NCBI GenBank assembly: GCA_950097015.1
Contig: CATNEN010000039.1
Location: forward strand, 5,208,001 to 5,272,000
Source: Macrostomum hystrix
Lineage: Eukaryota; Animalia; Platyhelminthes
Direction of reading: 5' to 3'
DNA length: 64,000 nucleotides
Part shown: one piece after another, positions 48,051-60,243 of the stretch
Numbering within the stretch: the first letter of the stretch is position 1
Layout: every line of letters begins with the position of its first letter
The notes under the pieces: model-generated
Databases searched by the model: none
Told to the model about the DNA's origin: nothing
What the model saw: the letters and a program-made list of their open reading frames with translations, nothing else
Made by a program: the position numbers and the translations under genes

Positions 48051-48524
48051 CAATTTGGAAGTTTGTGAAGCTGGGTTTGTCGGTTTGAATTGAACAGTCA
48101 ACTGAATCTTGTCAGTCATTTGTCATTCGCGAATATGCATGTAATAAATAATTTTATCTATATTAATTTCCATTTTAAAGGCATGACATGTGCCCAGTAT
48201 TTTGTAGATGCGAATTTGTATAGTACATGTGTATTAGTTGATTCAGATTTTTTTTTGAACACAAGAACTGCCGCGTTAGAAATGGCAGACTATTTTGCTT
48301 GCTCTTGTTGTCATTGGCGAATTGGTTTTTTCTGCTCCGAACAGTAATTTTGTTATTCTCGTTTATTTGATTGTCTCTTGGTCGAATAAGATAAATAAAA
48401 GTACACAAAATTTTCATTTCATTCCCGACTTTTATTTTGCGACTATTGGCAACGGATTCTTCTGAGCAATAATATATTTCTGGCTGCAGTAATTTGAAGC
48501 AATTTTAATTTGTTTCGACGCGTA

Positions 48525-48786
48525 TCTGTCTGTCTGGCTGTCTGTCTGTCTGTGTGTCTGACTGTTTGGCTGTCTGTCTGTCTGTCTGTGTGTCTGACTG
48601 TTTGGCTGTCTGTCTGTCTGTCTGTCTGGCTGTCTGTCTGTCTGTCTGTCTGTCTGGCTGTCTGACTGTTTGGCTGTCTGTCTGTCTGTCTGGCTGTCTG
48701 GCCGTCTGGCTGGCTGTCTGACTTTTTGGCTGTCTGTCTGTCTGTCTGGCTGTCTGGCTGTCTGTCTGGCTGTCTGGCTGTCTGGC

Positions 48787-48823
<37 letters not shown>

Positions 48824-48898
48824 GGCTGTCTGTCTGGCTGTCTGGCTGTCTTTCTGTCTGTGTGTCTGTCTGTCTGTCTGGCTGTCTGTCTGTCTGGC

Positions 48899-48957
<59 letters not shown>

Positions 48958-49182
48958 GTGTCTGACTGTTTGGCTGTCTGTCTGTCTGTCTGTCTGGCTG
49001 TCTGTCTGTCTGTCTGTCTGTCTGGCTGTCTGTCTGTCTGTCTGTCTGTCTGGCTGTCTGACTGTTTGGCTGTCTGTCTGTCTGTCTGGCTGTCTGGCCG
49101 TCTGGCTGGCTGTCTGACTTTTTGGCTGTCTGTCTGTCTGTCTGGCTGTCTGGCTGTCTGTCTGGCTGTCTGGCTGTCTGGC

Positions 49183-49219
<37 letters not shown>

Positions 49220-49294
49220 GGCTGTCTGTCTGGCTGTCTGGCTGTCTTTCTGTCTGTGTGTCTGTCTGTCTGTCTGGCTGTCTGTCTGTCTGGC

Positions 49295-49353
<59 letters not shown>

Positions 49354-49656
49354 GTGTCTGACTGTTTGGCTGTCTGTCTGTCTGTCTGTCTGGCTGTCTG
49401 TCTGTCTGTCTGTCTGTCTGGCTGTCTCTCTGTCTGTCTGTCTGTCTGTGTGTCTGACTGTTTGGCTGTCTGTCTGTCTGTCTGTCTGGCTGTCTGTCTG
49501 TCTGTCTGTCTGTCTGGCTGTCTCTCTGTCTGTCTGTCTGTCTGTGTGTCTGACTGTCTGTCTGTCTATCTGTCTGTGTCTGACTGGCTGTCTGGCTGTC
49601 TGTCTGGCTGTCTGGCTGTCTGTCTGGCTGTCTGTCTGTCTGGCTGTCTGTCTGGC

Positions 49657-49699
<43 letters not shown>

Positions 49700-49748
49700 G
49701 TGTCTGAAAGGCTGTCTGACTGGCTGTCTGGCTGTCTGTCTGTCTGTC
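48525..49748. repeat. Compound (TCTG)n/(GCTG) microsatellite, about 1.2 kb
   Basis: Directly visible; source of the TDRQ/LSVC shadow ORFs. Confidence 0.97.
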
Positions 49749-51317
49749 CGCTCCCGCCGCATTATCTTGTCTTAAATAATGCAGCCAGCTCTATGCCTCT
49801 CACAGCACTAGTTACCGGAAGTGCTGCCGAGTCCCGCACCCGGGCGCTTCCTAGCCAAACTCAACCCCTACCCCCCCCGTTGGGATTTAGCGGATTCCTG
49901 GGTATCCCTGGTTGCGAGCCAGGCAAGGAGGAGGTCGCGATATTATCCACTAATCCGTCGAAACGTCAGAAACGGAACTAAATTTTTTATTGAAGGAGCT
50001 CTTCTTAAGGAAGGCTTAATTGAGTCGCCAGTTATTATTATGATAGTCCTTCAATATGCGGCGGCTGCAGCTGAGCCAGCTCTGCCAGTTTTCCTCATTC
50101 CCCCTGCCTCTCTCACTTCCTTCAGTTTCAATTTCTATTTTGGAAGGCCCAGCACATCCACTCGCCGCCTTCTCTGTCGGAGTTGACGCGGACTCTCGAG
50201 CTGGGCCTGTCCCTACCCTCCCCCTGACCCAGCCCTCGCCTGCATCTGGCGGCCCCCGCTGAAATCAATTAATAAACGCGCGCTTTAGTGTTGCGGAGGC
50301 CGAGAGTGCGGCCAGGACCCCCCGCCCCAGTGTTCTCTCTCTTCTCTGTCCCTTCAGTGTCCAGCATTTTTCGCTTTCCTCATTTCGGCAACTGGCTCAT
50401 CTTTTTTTCTATCATTTATTTTTTCTCTCCTTTATTTTGGAGTTTATTCTTGTGTTGCGTTCATTCGCCTGCGTCAATTGGGCTTAGCACTCTCCCAAAG
50501 GTTTCTATCGGGGTCGGTGTTGCTCGGATGTACATTTGAAATAAACTGTACAGTGACCCCTGAACGCCACCTAGCAGCACCCACTAGCACTGCTTGCTAC
50601 TCTCTGTCTAATGCTGCTGCTGCTGCTGCTGCTGCTGCGAGACCTCTCGAGTAGAAGTAGAAGCAACCCAAGTGTCCGAGCCCCACACACTGCCATTGGT
50701 TCACAGTGCACGGTTGCATGATATTGTATGCATTTTCCACTGCTTTTCTGTTGGCGCTCGCCCTGTGGCTTGGAAGGAAGCAGCTCACAGGAATCTCACC
50801 TCAGCCGCGCCACGCCACCCCGACAAACCCCTCCCGCACAGTCTCACGCCGGAGATTTTACTTCTTTCTTTCTGTCTATTTCTTCTTCCGAACTGCATGG
50901 CCGCTTGTGCCGAGGAGGTCGCGCGCCACCCCTGACTCCGCGGCCGCTGGCCTGTCTGCTCCGCCCTCCTCTCCGCTGCCCCGTCTCTCTCTCTCTCTCT
51001 TGCTCTCTCTCTCTGGCGTCAATTTCTTGTGCTCTGCTTGGCCGTGGCGTGTGTTGCCTCTCCATTTTTTCTAAACACACGCGAGGGGCACGCACGCAGA
51101 ACAAGAGAGCCGGGCAGGCAGGCATATAGAGGCCCCGCTACGGTAAGCGAGCGACCAAGCCCGTCTCAGTCTAACAAAAAATAATTAAGTCACGAATAAC
51201 GGCCTCGAATCGAAACCGGCGAGAGCAAGGATTAATTCGATCCCGCGTGCCTCATAAGCCAAAGTTAGACAGGTGCGACACTGCTAATCCTCCCCCCGAG
51301 TTACCCCCCCGCTATCC

Positions 51318-52997
51318 ATGGAGGACGACCAGCCGTGCGAGGAGGAGCTCAAGCTCGTCGATGAGATCAAGGAGATGAAGGCGCGAATTCGGACCGCCCG
51401 CAAGGAGGCAGCCGACGCCGACTACGTCACGGAGACCGAGAACCTGCCGCCCCTGGGCCGGCTGAAGTTCAAGGTGCGCAAGGAGCTGCACGGCCACCTG
51501 GCTAAGCTGACCGACCTGCACTGGGGCAATAACTCGGACACTCTGGTCACTGCTGGCCAGGATGGCAAACTCTTCGTCTGGGATGTTTACAAATGCATGA
51601 AGCAGAACGCCGTGTTCCTTAGCACCGCGTGGGTCATGGCCGTCAGCTTCAGTCCGGACAACACCCGGGTGGCCAGTGGCGGCCTTGACAATGTCCTGTC
51701 CATCCACAACCTGGAGGAGCCAGAGGGTGGCACGCCCATCGAGCTCTCCGGCCACGACGGGTACATTGCGTCGATTCGATTTACCGACGCAAGCCATTGT
51801 GTAACCTCCTCAGGGGACAAGTCGTGCGCGCTTTGGGACCTCCAGGTGCGATTTTTCAGCGCGTTTTGGCAGACAGATTATCTGCTGCCTCAATTTTCAG
51901 CTACTCGTATATTACTACTCACTTAGACTTTGTCTAGGTAGAATTATGTTAGTTGAACTTTTCCTCAACGCCACCGCGAAGTTTCTAAGTGGAAAGACCA
52001 CGCGAAGAAACGCATCGCGCGCCCTGTGAAGCAGTGGAAGGATCGGCAACGGGTTCTTCCAATTAGAGCCGCAGAGAAATCAGGCTGGGCTGATTAGATT
52101 TCCTCCCGCCTTTGTAGGTGGCTTTAGCTTAGCCGGCTTAATTTGGTACTGAATAGAATTCAGGATTCTCAGGCAATTATGAGTTGGCTCGATTGATTTC
52201 ATCCTCGAGCAATCTACCACCCGTATACTTTATGCCTCAATTTGTTTGAGCTCAGCGGGTCCTTTAAAATTTTTCGGTTAGCAACTAGCTTCATTTGCAT
52301 GCTTTCAGAGAGTGGATTTTTCGGGATTACGGGTCTTTAGTTGCTCAGCCAGCATGCTCCAAAACTCATTTAATGATTTCGATTCTCAGTAGCACAAACG
52401 AACCCAAAGTTTTGTTAGCCTTCAGCACCTCCCCGGTTGTGCAGTAGGAAGCAAATCGGATTGCCACCGCGTCATTGACAGGCTGGCAAGATTGTGCACC
52501 GCTTCCTTGGCCACGAGAACGACGTGAACGCGTTGGCACTGGCCAATCACAACCAGCATTTCGCAAGCGCCTCCAGCGACAAGACCGCCAAACTCTGGGA
52601 CCTCCGCGAGCAGCACTGTCGAGCTACTTACTGGGGCCACGAGCTCGACGTGAACGGTGTCGACTACTTTCCACAGTGCGACTACGCTTTCGCCACCTCG
52701 TCTGACGACGGCAGCTGTCGCGTGTGGGACATCCGCGCCGACCAAATGCTGGCAAACCTCGGCGACGACTTCATCCAGTGTGGCAGCACTTGCGTAGCGG
52801 TGTCCCGCAGCGGACGCTTGGTCATGGCTGGCTACGATGACTACAACTGCCACGTGTGGGACCTCCTGCTCGAGGAGCGAATCGGGATTATGCTCGGCCA
52901 CGACAATCGCATCTCCTGCATCGGCATCAGCCCGAACGGCATCGCGGTGGCTACTGGGGCGTGGGATAACAACAGCTTCATCTGGACGGCCAAGTAA
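51318..52997 (+). CDS. Heterotrimeric G-protein beta subunit, divergent paralogue (347 aa)
   Basis: Exons 51318-51845 and 52482-52997 (phase 0). N-terminal coiled coil plus 7 WD40 repeats with G-beta signatures GHLAK, QDGKL, WVM, GGLDN, TSSGD, SDD, AGYDDYNC, GHDNRISC, ATGAWD. Confidence 0.95.
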
Positions 52998-54206
52998 TTG
53001 AGCTAATTGAGTTCTGACCCGAGAGTTGCACGTTTGGTTTGCCAGTATAGCTCGGTTATCAAATTGGTATCGGTCTATGAGGTATTCATAAAGGCTCGTT
53101 TAAAACAACTGCCTAAGGGTTGCTTAGCGTCAGGCTTTCAATCACATGTGTTGAAATAAGATGTGTCAGAGCAGTTTCACCTGAGCTGATTGCTCAAGCG
53201 AGCAAAAACTTGCTGCTAGATGCGTTCAAGTATGTATCCATGGATTCAAGTATGGCATATTTTGTTAATTTGAATTCTCTCCCTGTTTCTCCTTGTACCA
53301 TAATCCGAGCTTTGAGGTGAAAGCAAAGTACATAACATAATATGAATTATCTAATAGCTTCATTCACACCTTTGTCTCTGTACTGCACTGTTTATTGATC
53401 ATCGTGCGCTTGTGGCAGACAATCTGCCGCCCCATTTCGTTGGGTTTTCAGAGGCTGAAGCTCATTGTCTCCAGAATCGGAACTTCATCGCGCAGTACAG
53501 ACTCGCGAGCAATTTCTATTTGAAGTCTTATTGTTCAGCGTGTCCTACATGCCTCTTGTCTACATTTTCCTATGCTCTATTTTGCTTTGCTTATTAGCAT
53601 CAATTGTCTTTACCTTTAACCAACAATGCGCACTGCAGAGCACTGAGCTGTTTTGTTTATCTGTTAACTCTATACGAGGATACCAATTCATGAACTGTCT
53701 TTTAAGCATAAACATTTCCAGATTTTATGTAACTATTTTTACTGTTCTACCGTGCAAGCCATTATTTCAATGTACTGTTAAGTCTATAGCTTATCGACTT
53801 GACTCATGCTATTCTAGCAAGACTTGATATGATTTTGGCCACAGCCCGTACTTACCCTATGCTGCTGAAGTCAGTGTTGGCTCCAGTTATCTAAACTTAT
53901 TTTATTATCGAGTACCGAGCCCGAGCAGCCACTAAATAATATATATATATATACAAATATTATATTTGAATATAAGTGTGAGAGATCAAACAGCTTCTAT
54001 AGCTCGTATTTATTCAGTTCAGTTCGTAAAAGCTGGAAATCACAGTTTGAAGCCATAATCGCACCTGCTGGAAGCCAAATTAGTGATGCCCCAAGAATTT
54101 TACCCTAGCGCAACAGAGACCAGCATTATTTCGCGAATTTTCTTCAAAACAGATCGCAACAATTATTCAGTGCATCCATGCGTTTCTATCTCTTAAGTCG
54201 GCCGTT

Positions 54207-54350
54207 GGGGGTGAGCGATAGAGCAGTCTAACGTTTGCCTCTCACACCAAGGCCACAGAGCTCGATTCCGCGGCGAGGCCACTACAATTCACACCCTTGA
54301 GAAACTTTGCACTGGCTGACGATGAGAAAGTCAGGGCAGATTTACAACCT
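54207..54350 (+). mobile_element. SINE family 1, 3'-truncated copy
   Basis: GGGGGTGAGCG head, GAGCTCGATTCCGCGGCGAGGCCAC and CTGACGATGAGAAAGTCAGGGCAG core. Confidence 0.75.
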
Positions 54351-54404
54351 TAAAAAGCTGAAATGCAGAAGAACATGAAAAAAAATCGATTTTGTTGCGA
54401 AACC

Positions 54405-55452
54405 ACACACAAGGCTACAATCCCACACACAAGGCTACAATCCCACACTAGGCTACAATCCCACACAAGGCTATAATCCCACACACAAGGCTACAATCCC
54501 ACACACAAGGCTACAATCCCACACAATGCTACAATCCCACACAAGGCTACAATCCCACACTAGGCTACAATCCCACACTAGGCTACAATCCCACAATCGG
54601 CCACAACCCCACACTAGGCTACAATCCCACAATCGGCCACAACCCCACACTAGGCTACAATCCCACACTAGGCTACAATCCCACACTAGGCTACAATCCC
54701 ACACAAGGCTACAATCCCACACACAAGGCTACAATCCCACACAATGCTACAATCCCACACAATGCTACAATCCCACACAAGGCTACAATCCCACAATCGG
54801 CCACAACCCCACACTAGGCTACAATCCCACACTAGGCTACAATCCCACACTCGGCCACAACCCCACACTCGGCCACAACCCCACACTAGGCTACAATCCC
54901 ACACTAGGCTACAATCCCACAATCGGCCACAACCCCACACTCGGCCACAACCCCACACTAGGCCACAATCCCACACTCGGCCACAACCCCACACTAGGCT
55001 ACAATCCCACACTAGGCTACAATCCCACATTCGGCCACAACCCCACACTCGGCCACAACCCCACACTAGGCCACAATCCCACACTCGGCCACAACCCCAC
55101 ACTAGGCTACAATCCCACACTAGGCTACAATCCCACATTCGGCCACAACCCCACACTCGGCCACAACCCCACACTAGGCTACAACCCCACACTAGGCCAT
55201 AACCCCACACTAGGCCACAACCCCACACTAGGCTACAACCCCACACTAGGCCATAACCCCACACTAGGCCACAACCCCACACTAGGCCATAATCCCACAC
55301 TAGGCTACAATCCCACATTCGGCCACAACCCCACACTCGGCCACAACCCCACACTAGGCTACAACCCCACACTAGGCCATAACCCCACACTAGGCCACAA
55401 CCCCACACTAGGCCACAACCCCACACTAGGCCACAATCCCACACTAGGCCAC
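54405..55452. repeat. 18-bp minisatellite (GGCTACAATCCCACACTA and variants)
   Basis: About 57 copies, a few of 20 bp; explains the GHNPTL/WDCSLV shadow ORFs. Confidence 0.97.
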
Positions 55453-55922
55453 TGCCCGCTGCTCAAAAAGATCTTCATTTGACAATGAAAGTTAATCCTT
55501 AACTGATTATCTACAGGTAAGATTAACCGGGGTCTTCATCTGCATTCCAATACAGCCTCAAGTTTCACAGGGCCAGCAGTCAATCAGGCCTAAGTGACAC
55601 CTGCAGCAGTCTGCCTAACAATGCGCAAAATTGTGTTAGATAAGGATCGGCAGGCTAAAATCACTATAAGAGGCTCATATAACAGACTAGTGTAGAAATT
55701 TATTAACCTCGTTTATAAGTAGCGGCCGAGTCATAGGCCATTATCAGGCGCAAAGCCAGCACATCGGGTGGTCCCGCTGTGCAATCATTCGCATTAGCAG
55801 CTATAGGCACCCCACCCAGGTAGTTTCTATGTGGCGTTATAAAAACGTTATCATCCTGAAATTGGGGATCGATTTGCATCGCAAGAAAATACAAGACAAG
55901 AAAAAATACTCCGCGGAAGAAG

Positions 55923-56153
55923 ATGACGAAGAAGCGACCGCAGAACGCCACGCGGGAGCGTGACCGCCTGCGCACCCTGCAGCAGGCCTTCAAGGCTCTG
56001 CAGGCAGCGCTGCCAAGCGTGCCAGGCGGTACGAAGCTGTCCAAGCTGGACATCCTGCTGCTGGCGCGCACCTACATCTGTCACCTGCTCTACCTGCTGG
56101 GACGGATCGGGCGTGAGCAGTACTTGAGAAGCCAGCTTTGCCACAGCAGCAAG
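55923..56153 (+). CDS. bHLH transcription factor exon, TCF23/TCF24-like
   Basis: [48 protein letters not shown]; donor gtgagt at 56154. The true start may lie in an upstream exon. Confidence 0.88.
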
Positions 56154-56356
56154 GTGAGTAAGTTCTGTCCTTCAAGAAGAAGTCGCTTGAAATTCGAACT
56201 TCGGACCACTTGCTCTGGAGTCCTAAACTCTTAGACCTACAAATTACAATTGCGACTATTATACTCGTGTACAAAAGACGATACAATATGTCCCATTGAC
56301 TAAGACTTTTGATGACAAATAGCTTTAGTTAACCCAGCTGAGAACTAAGTATCAGC

Positions 56357-56684
56357 AATAATAATTGCAGGAGGGCTACGGGCAATGGCACACCATTTGG
56401 TGACACTAGACCCGCAGCCAGCGAGGAGGCAATTCTGCCCATATCGCTGACTCCTGAGCACACACGCACACAGATACTGTACGCAGGCATACGCTCACAC
56501 AGGTGTGTACACCTGCCCTGACTTTCTCATCGTCACTGTACCTTGGATGTTGGCCCTCAAGGACGTAAATGGCACAAGCCTTCTCTCCGCTGCTGCGCCC
56601 CAAAAAATGTGGTCTCGCTGCGGAATCGAGCTCAGGACCTTGGTGCGAGAGGCAAACACGTTAACCGCTCTGCCACTCACCCCC
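56357..56684 (-). mobile_element. SINE family 1, most complete copy (about 330 bp), with probable target-site duplication
   Basis: Minus strand GGGGTGAGTGGCAGAGCGGTTAAC (A box)...GAGCTCGATTCC (B box)...GCCCTCCTGCAATTATTATT; flanked by GTATCAGCAATA (56349-56360) and GTATCAGCGATA (56691-56702). Confidence 0.88.
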
Positions 56685-56944
56685 TAATTGGTATCAGCGA
56701 TAGCTGGGGCAGACATTTTCTGGGTATTGCGGCTGCCCAGTCCATGGACTGAACAGCGACGTACGCAGCCTTTGAAAGTACCTGGCAAATAGCTTCGTAT
56801 GTGACACTAGCTGCGCACCTGACCCTCTAAGTTAGGTGTCATGTATATCTACCTAACTAGTGTCTAGAAGTTCCAGTTTATGTTTTTGTAACTACGAGTA
56901 ACTTTTATTTATCCGCTATGGCCTGCTGCTTGTTGCCTCAACAG

Positions 56945-57187
56945 TGGAAAGTTGACGATATTTTATCCCTATGGAAAGACCACCTAGGAAAGACTCCCTA
57001 TGTCTGCTTCACGACAGCTCCAGAACCGGATGACGATTTTGATGAGAAATTTTCCACCAAATTGATCCAACCAAGTCTGTACATTAGGAGAGAGTCTCTA
57101 CGAAGTGACAAAAGCCGTACTGTACATAGGGAGAGAGTATGTATACATGGGAGAGGGTACGTACATAGGGTGAGAGTATGTACATAG
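56945..57187 (+). CDS. Probable downstream exon of the bHLH gene
   Basis: Acceptor ttgcctcaacag, phase 0, giving ...CHSSK|WKVDD..., which parallels the HPVK|KWP junction I recall in TCF23/24. The 3' end is uncertain because the frame runs into a minisatellite. Confidence 0.45.
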   Translation, partial: WKVDDILSLWKDHLGKTPYVCFTTAPEPDDDFDEKFSTKLIQPSLYIRRESLRSDKSRTVHRERVCIHGRGYVHRVRVCT

Positions 57188-57390
57188 GGAGAGAGCATGT
57201 ACATAGGGAGATGGTACGTACATAGGGAGAGAGTATGTACATAGGGAGAGAGTATGTACATAGGGAGAGAGCATTTACATTGGGAGAGGGTACGTACATA
57301 GGGAGAGAGTATGTACATAGGGAGAGAGTATGTACATAGGGAGAGAGCATGTATATTAGGGAGAGAGTATGTACATAGGGAGAGAGTATT
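57120..57390. repeat. 19-bp minisatellite (ATAGGGAGAGAGTATGTAC)
   Basis: About 14 copies, directly visible. Confidence 0.93.
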
Positions 57391-57761
57391 ATCATAGGCA
57401 GATACGCAAAACAGCATGCGGGAATTCGTACTGCATGCTAAAAGCTCCATCGAAGGGATCTTTAGGAATTTGTCATAAAATCAAAGTTGCATCCGAACTG
57501 AAGCCGTAACCCTCCATTCCCCCGATATTCTCAAACCGATGTTCAGAAGTGGCCACTGCGTGAGCGCCTGTACCTGCTGCGGGATAATCAGGAGCTTCCA
57601 GACCCGATGCCGACGCCGTCTGCTGATGATTAAGCCGGCGATTTAGTGACCCGATTCTCGTCTCCCTGATTGATTCAGCATGCCTATTATATCTGTTTAC
57701 ATGCAAACACAAATACACAGCGTTCTACTGAAAGTAGAGTACTTGCATATAGTTTTTGTAA

Positions 57762-57931
57762 GGAATGAATTGGAATGAAATGGAATGAAATGGAATGAAA
57801 TGGAATGAAATGGAATGAAATGGAATGAAATGGAATGAAATGGAATGTACATAGGGAATGAAATGGAATGAAATGGAATGAAATGGAATGAAATGGAATG
57901 AAATGGAATGAAATGGAATGAAATGGAATGA
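57762..57931. repeat. (GGAATGAAAT)n decamer repeat
   Basis: Directly visible; interrupted once by ATGTACATAGGGA, a piece of the neighbouring 19-bp unit. Confidence 0.95.
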
Positions 57932-58366
57932 ATCCATTGTGACGGCTCTCAAATCCATTGTGACGGCCCTCAAATCCATTGTGACGGCTCTCAAATCCAT
58001 TGTGACGGCCCTCAAATCCATTGTGACGGCCCTCAAATCCATTGTGACGGCTCTCAAATCCATTGTGACGGCCCTCAAATCCATTGTGACGGCCCTCAAA
58101 TCCATTGTGACGGCTCTCAAATCCATTGTGACGGCCCTCAAATCCATTGTGACGGCTCTCAAATCCATTGTGACGGCCCTCAAATCCATTGTTTCGGCCC
58201 TCAAATCCATTGTGACGGCTCTCAAATCCATTGTGACGGCTCTCAAATCCATTGTGACGGCTCTCAAATCCATTGTGACGGCTCTCAAATCCATTGTGAC
58301 GGCTCTCAAATCCATTGTGACGGCTCTCAAATCCATTGTGACGGCTCTCAAATCCATTGTGACGGC
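57931..58366. repeat. 21-bp minisatellite (AATCCATTGTGACGGCTCTCA)
   Basis: About 21 copies; explains the MDLRAVT/KSIVTAL shadow ORFs. Confidence 0.97.
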
Positions 58367-58684
58367 GTCAGTTCACCCAGTTTTCAATGGGTACCAGCAT
58401 TAGCTGGGGCTATAACTGTCTCTTATGACCTCAACATATGAACTCTTATGTTTGACGCAATCGCTGGATGCTCAAAATCAGGTCTGTATTTGTTAAGTCA
58501 GGATAGCTGCTGCTGCTGCTGGCGGTACGCATTTCACTAATTTGAGTGTCTCAAATGAAGACATGGTAGGACTACGAGTATTTTACTCAGAGGCATTTTA
58601 AAAGTTTCGTTTGCTGTCTCCCACCGTGTGCACACACGATTTCGTCATTTCTTCTCGAGTTGATTTCGTCGTCACCCGGCCTCG

Positions 58685-59427
58685 CTATTTGAGCCAGACC
58701 CATGGGGCCTCGCTAGCGACATCGCCGGGCACAGCCGCGAACCTCAGCAGGTGGCACATCCGGCTGGCCTCTACAAAGGCACATGCGAGGCAGTCAGAGC
58801 TCCTGTGGCAGGCCGCAGCGCACTCGATCGCGCTGTTGGCTGAATGGCTGCGGTGCGTGACGGGGCTGGAAGTGGCTTCTATGACCGGCAAAGTCGAAGC
58901 CTTCATCCTCAGCACAACGGAACTATCTGCAGTGAGAAAGAGCTCATCTTTTGATTAGGATTTTAAAATATTTTTAAACTAAACAAAGAAAAGCTCGCCG
59001 GCTTACATGGCTCGTAGAAGTTCTCGTACACGGAGTTCCTGCTGGGATTTCCGCAGACCTGGCTGGCATTTCCATAGCACCTAAAAGTGCATTCGGACTC
59101 GTTTCTCGGGCCAAACCGGCCAAACGTGTTGCCGCAGCAGCAGAAGGCTCCAACTTGCGCTCCGAAGTAGCGAAACCTGCCGAAGGCGCATACCTGGCTG
59201 CATCGTCCCAGAGTCATGCCGACCGGTGTTTCCAGGTAAACAAACGCTGGATTGGCCTTGTCCATCACGTGGGGTCCCACATTTTGAACGCCTTCTAAGC
59301 CACTGAGGTCCCTGTTGGAGCTTGCACCGTCAGCGTAGCATCCTACGTACCTGAATGAGCTCACAGGGACCTGAGCTCTAGCGGTAACTGCCAGTACGGC
59401 TAGTAGAAGGCAATGCTCTCGCAGCAT
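58685..59427 (-). CDS. Secreted WSC-domain protein with C-terminal PAN/apple-like module
   Basis: Exons 59427-59007 and 58926-58685 (phase 1). Signal peptide; WSC motif YVGCYAD...MTLGRCSQVC...YFGAQVGAFCCCG...ECTFRCYGNASQVCG...NSVY; then SAIECAAACHRSSDCLACAF...CHL. Confidence 0.88.
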
Positions 59428-60243
59428 TCTAAACTATTCCTGAACTTTGCTGTTTGACACCTATCTTAATCGAGTCTGAAGGTGTCTGTCCCGCAAACAA
59501 ACACCCTTGTTTTCTCTCTTGAAGAGCCAGAGAAAATCGTGCTACTTTCTTCAGCAGGAAGCTGTGTGTGCTTCTGTGTGTGCTCTGTAACTATTATTTT
59601 TGTGGTGCCATTGAGAATTACTTTTTTTGTTAGGCCACATGCTCCTGTTTGGAGAGCACTTCTGGATTCGCAGCTGAGCATGCTGGGGAGGTCCTGGCTG
59701 GTAATTTCGATAACAAGTTTTTATTTGCCAAGTTTTGCTGTCATAGCTTAGCAGCTTGTCAATCGGTTTAGTTTGCCTAACTAACAGCCGCATGGATACA
59801 AGAAAATACTGTCAAAATTCTTCCTCGAGTAGCTTTTGTCTTTACTCAGAGTGTCTCCATAACCTTGCATGCACCTAATCAAGAGAAATATTAAAACACT
59901 TGAAAATATTCAGAAGCACTTCTAGTTCTAGTTCCAGTTCTAGTTCCAGTTCTAGCACCAGTACCAGTTCTAGCACCAGTGCCAGTAACAGTACGAGTTC
60001 CAAGGCCAGCATAATCAGTGGTAGACAGAGTGCATCGGTTCTCGTTCAAGTATAAATATTTTCCTACCGAACAAAAACTAATCATTTCGATGGCTTGGCT
60101 TCTCTGAAGCACTGTCGCAGACAGTTGGGGAGGCAGCAGGTGGTCGTGGCGTCACAGTTGCCGCAGCAGTTGGCTCGAAATCGATGCAACTCTCGATGAA
60201 AGACAATGCGTCATTGCTGGGAAAATTGCAAGAGGCCAAACAG

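Noticed and set aside
48443-49981. TDRQ/LSVC ORFs up to 439 aa
   Set aside because: Stop-free frames of a TCTG microsatellite.
54471-55482. GHNPTL / WDCSLV repeat ORFs
   Set aside because: An 18-bp minisatellite open in several frames on both strands, with frame-breaking 20-bp units.
56610-56684. tRNA-like sequence with A and B boxes
   Set aside because: No complete cloverleaf or acceptor stem; it is the head of a dispersed SINE.
57725-58403. MDLRAVT / KSIVTAL ORFs
   Set aside because: A 21-bp minisatellite with no unique coding context.
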